64,000 nucleotides of DNA, taken from positions 8,489 through 72,488 of the IMG/VR virus record IMGVR_UViG_3300042446_000499; one strand, written 5' to 3'. The stretch comes from a virus. Below, in pieces: positions 20,084 through 29,649 of the stretch (the stretch's first letter is position 1; each line of letters starts with the position of its first letter). The notes under the pieces are model-generated. The model made no database searches. It saw only the letters and a list, made by a program, of their open reading frames with translations, and had not been told where the DNA came from. A program made the position numbers and the translations under genes.

Positions 20084-21604
20084 ATGCCTAGTTTTGATTA
20101 TACAAGCAGGGATTACCTGTCTATTCGCCAAGATATTTTAGACCGTGCATCAGCACTTGTTCCTGAATGGTCTAACCGCAATTCGTCTGATTTTGGAATG
20201 GTCTTAGTAGACCTCTGGGCATACCTTGGAGATATTCTTCATTATTACGTAGACCGTGCTGCTGCTGAAACATATCTTGGAACAGCAGTAAACTCCTCTA
20301 GTGTTTTGGCTTTAGCAAACTTATTTGATTATCGCCCTGCTTATCAAACGTCTGCAATTGGTTCTGTGTCTTTATCTGCTAACACTCTTAACCATTCAGA
20401 CACAATCATAATTCCACAAAATACTGGATTTGTTGCTGCTGCAACGGACAATGAACCTTTGGTTTATTATACAACTACTGCATCTGCAAGTATGGGTCCT
20501 TCTGTTTCTTCTGTAGTTGTTGAAGTTGCTGAAGGTAAGTACGTAGATAGCGAATCGCCTATACAGGCAGTAACCCGTAACACATACAGCAACGGTACTG
20601 CTGGACAACGTTTTAACCTACGGTACACAGGGGTAATCCCTTCCAGCATTATTCTTTATGTTGCTGAAGGTCCTAGTTCTGGTGGGGTTCCAAGTAACGT
20701 TCAATACTTTTATACAGCAGATGTAACGTTAAGTACTTCAAGCAGTAAAGTTTTTGGAATTGAAATCGCTGCTGATGGTATTGCTCAAGTTGTTTTTGGA
20801 AATGGCGTTAACGGAAAAATCCCTAACAACCGTGCTGAAATAGTAGTTTCATACCGTTATGGTCAGGGTTCTGTTGGGAACATTTCTTCAGGACGAATTA
20901 CAGCATTTGACGCTGGTTCTAATATTAATACAGTTTCTATCTTGTCATCATCAGTTGCTACAGGTGGTACAGATTCTGAATCATTAGAATCAATGAAAAC
21001 AAACATACCTTTAATGTTCCGAACTCAAAACCGTGCGGTATCTATTCAAGATTTTAAAGACTTAGCGTTAAGAGTTCCTCAAGTAGTTAAAGCAACATCT
21101 GAAATTGTTGCTGGTAGTTCTGCTCCTACAGAAATTTTAGTTTATGGTCTTCCTTTTCAATCTGATTACTTAACAACTACAAGTAATTCAATTACTGTTC
21201 CAAATTTTATAAAAGATGGAATTATTGAATACTTTGAACCACGAACATTAGTTGGTGCTAGTGTTGGTGCTGCTAATAGCGTTCCATTAGATGCTGTAAA
21301 AGTTTCTGCAACTGTTTATATTGAGGATAATGCAGTTACTTATTCAGTGGCTTCCGCAGTTTCAGATGCTATTGACACTTTCTTTTTGTTTGACAACGTG
21401 TTGTTTGGGCAAACATTATCAATTGGTGCTTTTTACAAAGCAATACAAAGTGTTCAAGGTGTTGATTATGTAATTATTACTGCTTTTAATAATAATGAAT
21501 CTGGAACAGTATCAACAACTATAACGGCGGCTAGCAATACGTTATTTAGAAAAGGTCTTGTTACGTTAACAACTGTTGGTGGTATCACAGGAACGTTTGT
21601 TTAA
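20084..21604 (+). CDS. Baseplate wedge protein (J/gp6-like)
   Basis: DYTSRDY, FGNGVNGKIP, GGTDSES and RAVS..DF motifs. Confidence 0.9.
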   Translation: MPSFDYTSRDYLSIRQDILDRASALVPEWSNRNSSDFGMVLVDLWAYLGDILHYYVDRAAAETYLGTAVNSSSVLALANLFDYRPAYQTSAIGSVSLSANTLNHSDTIIIPQNTGFVAAATDNEPLVYYTTTASASMGPSVSSVVVEVAEGKYVDSESPIQAVTRNTYSNGTAGQRFNLRYTGVIPSSIILYVAEGPSSGGVPSNVQYFYTADVTLSTSSSKVFGIEIAADGIAQVVFGNGVNGKIPNNRAEIVVSYRYGQGSVGNISSGRITAFDAGSNINTVSILSSSVATGGTDSESLESMKTNIPLMFRTQNRAVSIQDFKDLALRVPQVVKATSEIVAGSSAPTEILVYGLPFQSDYLTTTSNSITVPNFIKDGIIEYFEPRTLVGASVGAANSVPLDAVKVSATVYIEDNAVTYSVASAVSDAIDTFFLFDNVLFGQTLSIGAFYKAIQSVQGVDYVIITAFNNNESGTVSTTITAASNTLFRKGLVTLTTVGGITGTFV

Positions 21605-21606
21605 AT

Positions 21607-23337
21607 ATGGCTTATACATCTTTTACACTTCGTAAAACTAGCGCTGGTTCAAACCTTCGTAAAGATAATGGGACAGATAATGCAATACGTTCCGACGGCA
21701 TTTCTATTGAAAATATTATCTCTACTTTTACAACAGGTACAAACACTTTTACTGCTAATGTAATTAACCAAGGTACTGTGCGTCTTTCCTGGACCTTAGC
21801 AGAAACCCTTGTTGAAGTTGTAAGTGCAGGAGTTGCACCAACAGAACTTCGTATTGTTTCATCATTTAGTGGGGAGCCTACAACTATCCGTGATGGTAGT
21901 CTTGTGCAAATTATTACGGCTACAACTGCAACTAACATCTATGATGATATTCCTGTAGTACAAGAGGGTCGTTGGGTTTATTATTCTTTGTTTGTAAAAT
22001 ATGGCAGTACCACAGACTACTGGTACGAACGTGTAGCAACTCTATATATTCAAATACCTATTACTTATGGTTCTGTTGAATCATTATGGCAACATATTCC
22101 TGAATACTACAAAACTCTTGATTATGCTCAACCAGACCTTACAAATGGTTATACACCTTTGTATGCTTTTCTTGAATTGTTTGGTAATGAAATAGACCGC
22201 ACACGAACACTTATTGAAAGTGTTGCTCTATCTAACGACCCTGAGTTAGCAGTAACACCAGCACTACAACAACTTGCTAAAGAAGTTGGATTAGAAATAA
22301 CAACTGACGATTTAGGTACAAGCAAAGTTCGTGCGTTACTAAACAACATTGGAACACTTCGTCAACAAAAAGGAACAATTTCAAATATCTGTTCTTACAT
22401 TTCAGCACTAACAGGTTGTCGTGTTGAATATGAATTTGACGGTGCGCTTCCTAAACCCCATGTCTTTAATATCTACGCACAACGAATTAACTTTATTTCA
22501 GACCCAGAATTTGTAGACACTACTATTACAACGACAACAGCCACAGTAACCAAAGGTGGTAGCACCGTCTACGCCCAAAGGTACTTAACTGCTACTTGGG
22601 GTGTTGTTGTGTATGGTTCAGATGTTATTAGCACCTCTAGCCCATCTGTTGGAGCAGCAGGCGGAGGACTTGTAAACTTAGACAACAGTATTGAAATTCA
22701 AATGCCCAGTGGTTCTTATGCAAACAGAACCGTGCTTGTTTACCCACGGATTCCCTTTCCATACCTTGGTACAGAAACATACGGAACTAGTTATGATTAC
22801 TCAAGTACATCTGGTGCTTCTTTTTCTGCTTTACACACATCTACAAACACTGTAAGAACCACATGGGAAACTACAACAACTTGGCCTGCTTCTTTATTTG
22901 CCGATGATTCATGGTACACAAGCCCTAAGTACACATTTAATAATTTGTCCTACCGCCCAAGTTTAGAATACACACCATCTACAACTGGAGCATCTGCAAC
23001 AGCAAGTTCCGTACCAGTTCTAGTGTTTGAAATGGCACCTAATAGTTCTATTACAATTGGTAATTGGTTATTTGAGCCTGCAACAGACGGTGATTATTTC
23101 TCAGGAAACACCCGTGATGGTGGATATGTCCCTATCCAAACGGGAACTTTGGGTGGAGGAACGTTTGACTATTATTGGGATACAAGCGGTGGTGGTGCCA
23201 ACAATTCATATTCCTATTACCTTTTGGACCATGAACGTACTATTAAAACTACCGAACGAGTCATTGGACAATACATTGTTCCTGTGACTATGGTGGAAGA
23301 TTACACCCTAGAATGGGATTACTACAGCGGAAAGTAA
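21607..23337 (+). CDS. Baseplate wedge protein (P2 gpI/gp7-like) with extensions
   Basis: HIPEYY, FLELFG and QKGT motifs; follows baseplate J. Confidence 0.65.
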   Translation: MAYTSFTLRKTSAGSNLRKDNGTDNAIRSDGISIENIISTFTTGTNTFTANVINQGTVRLSWTLAETLVEVVSAGVAPTELRIVSSFSGEPTTIRDGSLVQIITATTATNIYDDIPVVQEGRWVYYSLFVKYGSTTDYWYERVATLYIQIPITYGSVESLWQHIPEYYKTLDYAQPDLTNGYTPLYAFLELFGNEIDRTRTLIESVALSNDPELAVTPALQQLAKEVGLEITTDDLGTSKVRALLNNIGTLRQQKGTISNICSYISALTGCRVEYEFDGALPKPHVFNIYAQRINFISDPEFVDTTITTTTATVTKGGSTVYAQRYLTATWGVVVYGSDVISTSSPSVGAAGGGLVNLDNSIEIQMPSGSYANRTVLVYPRIPFPYLGTETYGTSYDYSSTSGASFSALHTSTNTVRTTWETTTTWPASLFADDSWYTSPKYTFNNLSYRPSLEYTPSTTGASATASSVPVLVFEMAPNSSITIGNWLFEPATDGDYFSGNTRDGGYVPIQTGTLGGGTFDYYWDTSGGGANNSYSYYLLDHERTIKTTERVIGQYIVPVTMVEDYTLEWDYYSGK

Positions 23338-23340
23338 AAG

Positions 23341-23595
23341 ATGAATTATATAATTGCTGGACTAGCAGTCTACAAAATGTTACAAATACTGGATGTACTT
23401 ACCCCTAAAGAAGCAATGCCCTGGGTAAAGATTGTTTTTGGTGTCCTTTTGGGCTATGTGTCTACACTTCTCCTGGAAGTTCCCAATGTTCCCCTAAGTG
23501 GCTTGGTGATTGCAACAATTGCTGGTACAGTACATGGTCTGCTCAGGTTGCTAACACTTTTAGGAGACTGGGCACAACGCAAAGCAACACGTTAG
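23341..23595 (+). CDS. Small membrane protein (holin candidate)
   Basis: Two or three hydrophobic segments and a basic C-terminus, at the end of the tail module. Confidence 0.5.
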   Translation: MNYIIAGLAVYKMLQILDVLTPKEAMPWVKIVFGVLLGYVSTLLLEVPNVPLSGLVIATIAGTVHGLLRLLTLLGDWAQRKATR

Positions 23596-23604
23596 GAATA
23601 CAAA

Positions 23605-24420
23605 ATGGCGCATTACGGAATCATTGGAAGCGGAAAATGTGGAGAGAACATCATTGAAGATGGTCTTTCCGAAATAGGTGTGGAGAATAACGTATTTCTC
23701 GTTTACCCACGCAAGGGAGCAACTAGTTCCGAAGACCGTGTGTATGACTTCATGATTGATAATGAAGCAGAGTACATTGCCTATGTTAAGAGCAATGCTC
23801 CACAGGCTCTTGTGGATAACGCCTCAAAGGTTTTTGATGTCACTGGTGGTGATGCATGGTTAGAAATACTCACTACGTTGAAGAGCAAAAAGGGAACACT
23901 CCTTGTCCTTTGGGATGTTGACCATGAAGAAAACCTTATGAACTTTGTGTTTAAAGCCCATGATATGGGTATCCCTGTTCAAGAGTTGAGCAATGGTTTG
24001 GTCCCTATCAATGTGGAAAGCGCTTCTGAAGAGCCTGCTATAGAGACTGAAATTGTTGAGATTGAACCGTTCTCTGAAGCCGAGATGCGGTCTATGAGTA
24101 TTGGTGTCCTTCGTAAAGCCGCCACAGCACGTGGTGTAGAAGGTGTAGGAGCATATTCCAAGGACGAACTTGTTGAACGTTTGATTGACAAGAAAACACA
24201 CGTAGAAAATATTGAGGAGCCTGAAGTGGCAACAACTGGAATCAACCCAACAACGACTATTAATTACAGCGTGTCAGTACCTACTCAGGAACGTCCACAA
24301 ATGGTGGCTCCTGATGGCGACTGCATGGTTACCGTAGTAATGCCTAATGGAACTGTTATCAGCACCCCAGCAACAATAGAAGAAGTGCGTGTCCTATTAG
24401 GACTTAGTGGAGGCCTTTAA
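23605..24420 (+). CDS. Hypothetical protein with a Rho-N/HeH-like helical motif
   Basis: MRSMSIGVLRKAATARGVEG....SKDELVERL resembles the Rho N-terminal/HeH motif. Confidence 0.5.
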   Translation: MAHYGIIGSGKCGENIIEDGLSEIGVENNVFLVYPRKGATSSEDRVYDFMIDNEAEYIAYVKSNAPQALVDNASKVFDVTGGDAWLEILTTLKSKKGTLLVLWDVDHEENLMNFVFKAHDMGIPVQELSNGLVPINVESASEEPAIETEIVEIEPFSEAEMRSMSIGVLRKAATARGVEGVGAYSKDELVERLIDKKTHVENIEEPEVATTGINPTTTINYSVSVPTQERPQMVAPDGDCMVTVVMPNGTVISTPATIEEVRVLLGLSGGL

Positions 24421-24837
24421 CTGCCAACGCCACTTCTTATGCATGTCATCACGTTCTGCTAAGAAGTTCATAATGCCTTGCTCGTTTGCTTTGTTGGCTG
24501 CTTCTTGAGCCTTTGCAATTGATTCAAGGATTCCGTCATTAAGACGCAGTAACTCTTTTGCCATTGCTTTTGGTTCAGGGTTAACATCCTTTGCTTCAAT
24601 GGTGCGAAGGTCACTGAACTTGCTCAAAGTGTAGGGAGCGTACTCATCCATCTTACGGATGTCTTCTGCAATAGGGTCAATGCTGGAGTACACATCTTCA
24701 TAGATTTCCGCAAACAATGCGTGGTACTGAGAGAAGTCTTGACCTTCTACGTTCCAATGAAAACCATGTGCAGCAAAATACATTGTTACTGCATCAGATA
24801 ATACTGTCTTGAGAGAGTTAGTTAGTGCACTCACCAT
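24397..24837 (-). CDS. dps: Dps DNA-protecting ferritin-like protein
   Basis: HGFHWNVEG.DF..YH.LF.E.Y...D..AE and terminal HKKWRWQL ferroxidase motifs. Confidence 0.9.
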   Translation of the reverse strand: MVSALTNSLKTVLSDAVTMYFAAHGFHWNVEGQDFSQYHALFAEIYEDVYSSIDPIAEDIRKMDEYAPYTLSKFSDLRTIEAKDVNPEPKAMAKELLRLNDGILESIAKAQEAANKANEQGIMNFLAERDDMHKKWRWQLKASTKS

Positions 24838-25097
24838 TTCTCCTTGTTTGCCCAATAAGCGGCGCTCATTTTGCCTTTAGCAATGTTCTTTGCATGACGG
24901 TCTTTGAACGCTTTATTACGAGCAGAACCATCAGGGGAACCCGATACACCTTGTTGACCAAAACGAATAGTTTTAATCTGGTCACCTTCTTTGGCAACAA
25001 CAATGTGTGATTTAGTTGGATGGTCAGGCGTTGCTTTTGGTTTGTTAAAACCAGAAACTCCTGCACGTTCTAATCGTGGGTCTTTTTTGGAAGGCAT
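24831..25097 (-). CDS. Conserved small basic phage protein
   Basis: K.IRFGQQG...F..RH...SAAYW pattern. Confidence 0.65.
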   Translation of the reverse strand: MPSKKDPRLERAGVSGFNKPKATPDHPTKSHIVVAKEGDQIKTIRFGQQGVSGSPDGSARNKAFKDRHAKNIAKGKMSAAYWANKEKW

Positions 25098-25321
25098 TAG
25101 TCATCACCTTTACTTCTACCAGCAAAGTATCCACCGATGATACCAATCAAACCAACCAATGCATTTTGCACTAAAGCAATAGCATCTGAGTTAGTTGCAA
25201 ACTTTTCACCAGTAGAAGCCTGCTGTGCAAGCATTGAAGCGTATTCACCAATAACAACCAAGCCAATGAACCCTAGAATACCTAGAGTGATGTACACCAT
25301 AAGTTTGTCTTTGATATTCAT
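25097..25321 (-). CDS. Small membrane protein
   Basis: Two hydrophobic helices; TAATG overlaps on both sides. Confidence 0.6.
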   Translation of the reverse strand: MNIKDKLMVYITLGILGFIGLVVIGEYASMLAQQASTGEKFATNSDAIALVQNALVGLIGIIGGYFAGRSKGDD

Positions 25322-25494
25322 TACTTCTTCTTAGCAGGTGTTTTTTTAGACACAGCCATATTGTCTACTAAGTTTGGGTAAGGTCGTCCTGCTTTTTTAG
25401 CACGAGCCTTTGCTTCAGCCTTTTTTTCAGGCGTCAATTTCTTATCTTTTTTGGATGGGTCTGGTGTATCCCAGACTTCTTTTTTCTTTGTCAT
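25321..25494 (-). CDS. Small Lys-rich protein
   Basis: KLTP..KA.AKARAKKAGRPYPNLVDNM; probable start at ATG 25494. Confidence 0.6.
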   Translation of the reverse strand: MTKKKEVWDTPDPSKKDKKLTPEKKAEAKARAKKAGRPYPNLVDNMAVSKKTPAKKK

Positions 25495-25565
25495 ACTTTT
25501 CAATGATACTAGACATGGAGGTGACTTTTCGGTGTAGGATGCATACCCCAACACAAGGAGTACAA

Positions 25566-26039
25566 ATGGCAGACGGACCTTTTATTCAATTCCCCAAATG
25601 GCTTAGAGAGTATCTAAGGGGGGACGCCACCACCACGGATGTATTGCTGGAATTGCTTGGGTACATGGACGGAAAGACCCAAAAGTTGACGACTTCTTAT
25701 GGGCATATTGCTGAACGCACTGGATATCACCGCACGACAGTCATCAAGTCTGTGAACAAATTGGTGGAACTTGGGGTGCTGGTAAAGCAGAACCGAAGCA
25801 AGAATGGGCGCTCATTGACCAACGAATTTTACGTCAATTTCAATAACCCAAACTACCTCACAGTAGGGGTAGTGTCAGAACTACCCTCCCCATTAGGGGT
25901 AGTCGGGGGACTACTGGGTGGTAGTCCTGGGGCTACCCCCGAGGGTAGTCGGGGCGCTACCCAATTAAGAATAAAGAACAAGAATAAAAAGAACAAGAAG
26001 GAAAATTTGGGAAAGATAGACCCAAGGTTGGTGTCATGA
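25566..26039 (+). CDS. Winged-HTH replication initiator (lambda O/RepA-like N-terminal part)
   Basis: AAGGAG RBS; HTH segment SYGHIAERTGYHRTTVIKSVNKLVELG. Contains the iteron cluster and lies upstream of the loader and helicase genes. Confidence 0.75.
   Translation: MADGPFIQFPKWLREYLRGDATTTDVLLELLGYMDGKTQKLTTSYGHIAERTGYHRTTVIKSVNKLVELGVLVKQNRSKNGRSLTNEFYVNFNNPNYLTVGVVSELPSPLGVVGGLLGGSPGATPEGSRGATQLRIKNKNKKNKKENLGKIDPRLVS
25866..26008. other. Putative replication origin: four palindromic iterons plus an AT-rich tract
   Basis: GGTAG-N8-CTAC(C/T) starting at 25868, 25898, 25920 and 25944, followed by the A-rich repeat AAGAATAAAGAAC/AAGAATAAAAAGAAC, all inside the initiator gene as in lambda O. 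Confidence 0.75.
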
Positions 26040-26455
26040 TGTCACGACAGCAAGATGATTGGGGAATGGCATTTGGTTCCGACAAAGATGTTTACACTCC
26101 CCCAGTAAAAAAGAAACCCAAACGAAAAGATTCCACAGCATCTTTGGTTTACGATTTTCGTGACCAGTTGATGATGGACACCAGTAACCTGATGAACTCC
26201 CAAGTGAATGGTCCAGCCATGATGAAAGCGTTCCGCACCATCTTGGATACTGGACGTTCCTATGATGACATCCGAGCAATGATTAACCAGTTCCACAAAG
26301 ATATTGCTATCAAACCATTGACCGATGGCATACCAGCATGGAAGGCTTTCATTGGTCGCCTTGATTCCTTGGCTAAAAAGGTTGGCACCACCGAAGATGT
26401 ACCGAAATATGACGGACCTAAGATTGACCCACGATTGATGAGTAATGATGACTGA
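26036..26455 (+). CDS. Replication-associated protein
   Basis: ATGA-coupled to the initiator and precedes the DnaC-like ATPase. Confidence 0.5.
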   Translation: MMSRQQDDWGMAFGSDKDVYTPPVKKKPKRKDSTASLVYDFRDQLMMDTSNLMNSQVNGPAMMKAFRTILDTGRSYDDIRAMINQFHKDIAIKPLTDGIPAWKAFIGRLDSLAKKVGTTEDVPKYDGPKIDPRLMSNDD

Positions 26456-27095
26456 ATGGCATAGCAACAAGTATTGGCAAAACCGCTCTAAAGAAGAGCG
26501 TTTACGGAACCTGCGGATTCCAGCCAGATACCTTGGAAAAGACTTAAACACTTATGACAGTGAAGCAGGAGACAGTGAGGCTTTTAATGCCATTAACCAC
26601 TGGTGTTCCAAAGCCACAGACAACCTCACAGAAGGCATGGGAATGGTCCTGTACGGTCCCACAGGCGTTGGAAAGACACATCTAGCCCAAGGGGTGCTTG
26701 TGAATGTTGTAGGCTCCCATACACGCTCAGGAATCTTTGTTACCTCTGACCGTTACGTTGACATGGTTTACGATGAAATGCGTAATGATGGTGAATTGCC
26801 TGAACCGTATTCAGACCCGTTTCTGATGAAGTACATGAGACGAACCTTTGACTTGGTTGTCCTAGATGGTTTGGGAGCAGAGAGGGCAACAACAGAATTT
26901 GCTCGTAACGCATTGATTTCATTAGTTGACAATCGTTATGAAGAAAAGTTGACAACAGTTGTTACAACTTCTTTGAGTCCTAATGAGTTAAGCCGAACCT
27001 ACGGAAAGCGTGTGTTGTCAATCTTTCAAGAGAGTTGCTATTTCATCAACGTTGAGGGACCTGACTACCGAACGGTCTTTAACGATGCAAAGTAA
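26445..27095 (+). CDS. DnaC/IstB-like helicase loader ATPase
   Basis: IPARY, Walker A GPTGVGKT, LVVLDGLG.E and G.DYR motifs. Confidence 0.85.
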   Translation: MMTEWHSNKYWQNRSKEERLRNLRIPARYLGKDLNTYDSEAGDSEAFNAINHWCSKATDNLTEGMGMVLYGPTGVGKTHLAQGVLVNVVGSHTRSGIFVTSDRYVDMVYDEMRNDGELPEPYSDPFLMKYMRRTFDLVVLDGLGAERATTEFARNALISLVDNRYEEKLTTVVTTSLSPNELSRTYGKRVLSIFQESCYFINVEGPDYRTVFNDAK

Positions 27096-27510
27096 TGACA
27101 TTGGAAACTTTAACGACATAGGTCAAGGGGTTCTGTTTGAAGGTCTTCTTGCTTCTCCACCTGAGCGCCGCTTCTTTCAAAAAGCAGGTTCCGATTGGGA
27201 TAAGGAATTATCTAAATGGAAATCTAATGAACTTCCTTTAAAAGCACTTGTTGATTATTCTGACCGACTTGGTATTGACACAGAGGTTTATACATTCCTT
27301 GGTCAAGATGCAGTAGACGCCATTGACCGTTGGCTTGGTCGCAAAGGCATTTCTCTTCCTGTGTATTCGTACAACAGTGTTGAAGAACTTTCCTATGACT
27401 TGCGCTTCAAGCGTTCAGTGCGTACTATCTACGTTCCCGAGCAAGAACAAGCCGCCATCATTGGTCTTCGTGCTACGGTAGCAGACTCTAAGAAAGCATG
27501 GTCCATCTAG
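27085..27510 (+). CDS. Hypothetical protein (possibly a degenerate HAD fold)
   Basis: Coupled ORF; VLFEGLL resembles a HAD motif I lacking the Asp residues. Confidence 0.45.
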   Translation: MQSNDIGNFNDIGQGVLFEGLLASPPERRFFQKAGSDWDKELSKWKSNELPLKALVDYSDRLGIDTEVYTFLGQDAVDAIDRWLGRKGISLPVYSYNSVEELSYDLRFKRSVRTIYVPEQEQAAIIGLRATVADSKKAWSI

Positions 27511-28760
27511 TGGCTAACTCAGAACACCTCCTCATTAGCAAGGTTATTCAATCAGGAGATATTAGCCCAATCATTAACGCAGGTCTTAGGTCTGACCACT
27601 TCTCAGGCGAGACACAGAAAATGTGGATGTGGATTTCAAGTTACTGGAGAGAATACGGAACAGTTCCTACTGACCGTGCATTCCATCAAGAGTTTGGTGA
27701 TGTAACACTTTCTGATGCAACGATGGAACCGTTCCCTGCACTTATTGACGAACTGTTTCATTCATTTAAACGGCAACGCCTAATTGAAACCATCAGCACA
27801 GTAATGCCTGCGCTGAACAACAACTTAGTTGATGAAGCCTTTTCTGAATTAGCCGCAGGGTTGCAACGAGCCTCTACAGAGACCGCACGTCTTCGTGATG
27901 TTGACATCATCACTAACTGGGAATCCCGTATCAGTCGTTACGAAGAAATGCGTAGCATGCCCAATGCTTTGCGAGGTATTCCAACAGGGTTCTTAGGTCT
28001 TGACCGAATTACAGCAGGACTACGCCCACAGCAGTTGATTACATTTGTTGGCGAAGCAAAGAAGGGTAAGTCAATGATGAGCCTTATCATGGCAAATGCC
28101 GCACACGTCCATGGCATCAGTCCTTTGTTTGTTTCTTTTGAAATGAGTATTGAAGAGCAAGAGGCTCGTTATGACGCACTTATCTCCAAGGTGTCACACA
28201 CACGTATTATCCGTGGTGACATTACTAAACGTGAGATGGAGAAAATTGAAAAGGCTTTGCGTATTCGCAAGAACATGCATCCATTCCACATGACTGAGGA
28301 CTCTTCATCATTGACAACTATTAGTGCATTGGCTGGAAAGATTCAACAGTACCGTCCTGGCATCTTGTTTGTAGATGGTGTGTACATGATGGACGATGAG
28401 AACGGCGAACCTAAGAACAGCCCACAAGCCCTTACCAACATCACCCGTTCTCTCAAGCGGCTTGCTCAGAGGTTTGACATCCCAATCGTAGGAACTACTC
28501 AAGTGCTATCTTCAAAGTTAAACAACAAGAAGTCACGTGCTATCACGGCAGACTCAATTGGTTATTCATCTTCTTTTGCACAGGACTCAGACCTAGTGCT
28601 TGGCGTAGAGTCAGACCCTGATATTGACAACCAATCAATCATCCGAGTAGTTATTGCACGTACAGCACCCAAAGGTGAGGTTCGCATTAAGTGGGACTGG
28701 GAGAACATGGATTTTACGGAGGTAGACGAAAGTGGCAATGAAGACAACTGGTACTACTGA
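27498..28760 (+). CDS. dnaB: DnaB-like replicative helicase
   Basis: GIPTGF..LD..T.G, GEAKKGKS, SFEMS, FVDG and QDSDLVL motifs. Confidence 0.9.
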   Translation: MVHLVANSEHLLISKVIQSGDISPIINAGLRSDHFSGETQKMWMWISSYWREYGTVPTDRAFHQEFGDVTLSDATMEPFPALIDELFHSFKRQRLIETISTVMPALNNNLVDEAFSELAAGLQRASTETARLRDVDIITNWESRISRYEEMRSMPNALRGIPTGFLGLDRITAGLRPQQLITFVGEAKKGKSMMSLIMANAAHVHGISPLFVSFEMSIEEQEARYDALISKVSHTRIIRGDITKREMEKIEKALRIRKNMHPFHMTEDSSSLTTISALAGKIQQYRPGILFVDGVYMMDDENGEPKNSPQALTNITRSLKRLAQRFDIPIVGTTQVLSSKLNNKKSRAITADSIGYSSSFAQDSDLVLGVESDPDIDNQSIIRVVIARTAPKGEVRIKWDWENMDFTEVDESGNEDNWYY

Positions 28761-29649
28761 TATTCAACATGTTCTTGTTGATTTAGGTGTTGAGGTAACT
28801 CGTGCTGGAGAAAGAGAAATCTCTGGTCGTTGCCCCGTACACCTAAGCCGCACAGGGCATGTAGACCATTCACCTTCGTGGTCAATGAATGCTGAGACTG
28901 GTTTATGGATTTGCTATTCGTGTGGTGCTCGTGGAACACTTGTAGGTTTGATTTCTGAATTAACGGGAGACGAGACATCTTTAATTGATGTTCATTCATT
29001 TCTGATTAACTCAAGTCTTGGCAGGATTAATCGTGAAGACATCCCTGAACCTGAACCCGAGATTGATTGGATTTCATACAGTCGTTTTGACGTTGTACCA
29101 ACGTCTTATTTGTACAACAGGAACTTAGATGCATCTGTTGCACGTTCCTATGGTATCCGATGGGATACATCAAACAAAGCATGGGTTATTCCTATTGTGT
29201 CCCCTTTGGGCCAACTTATGGGTTGGCAGTCTAAAAAGCCTGACTGGGTTCGCAACTACCCAATTGGTATCAAGAAGAGCCACACTTTGTTTGGTATTGA
29301 AAAGTTCTTAAACAAACCAGCAGTACTCGTAGAGTCACCTTTAGATGTTATTCGTTTAGCATCTATTACAACAGGGGTACAAGGATTAGCAACTTTTGGT
29401 TCATACGTCAGCACAGAACAACTTAGTTTGCTTAACTCCGTTGCATCTAAAGTAATTGTGGCAATGGATAATGACGAGGCTGGTTTAAAGGCTAGCAAAA
29501 TGCTATTTAAAACAATGCCCCGATTTGATGATGGTGTTTTATGGTTAAACTATAAGAACACAAAAGCAAAAGACATTGGTGACATGACAGACGAAGAAAT
29601 CTATGACGCTCTAAGCACAGCCACTGCAATCCCTGGGTGGGTGCTATGA
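28732..29649 (+). CDS. DNA primase (CHC2 zinc finger plus TOPRIM)
   Basis: CPVH...CYSC; LVES..D; DNDEAG; KDIGD. Confidence 0.9.
   Translation: MAMKTTGTTDIQHVLVDLGVEVTRAGEREISGRCPVHLSRTGHVDHSPSWSMNAETGLWICYSCGARGTLVGLISELTGDETSLIDVHSFLINSSLGRINREDIPEPEPEIDWISYSRFDVVPTSYLYNRNLDASVARSYGIRWDTSNKAWVIPIVSPLGQLMGWQSKKPDWVRNYPIGIKKSHTLFGIEKFLNKPAVLVESPLDVIRLASITTGVQGLATFGSYVSTEQLSLLNSVASKVIVAMDNDEAGLKASKMLFKTMPRFDDGVLWLNYKNTKAKDIGDMTDEEIYDALSTATAIPGWVL

Noticed and set aside
10793-23337. Extracellular contractile injection system or tailocin
   Set aside because: The tail genes are linked to portal, scaffold, capsid and a complete replication module, so this is a genuine phage.
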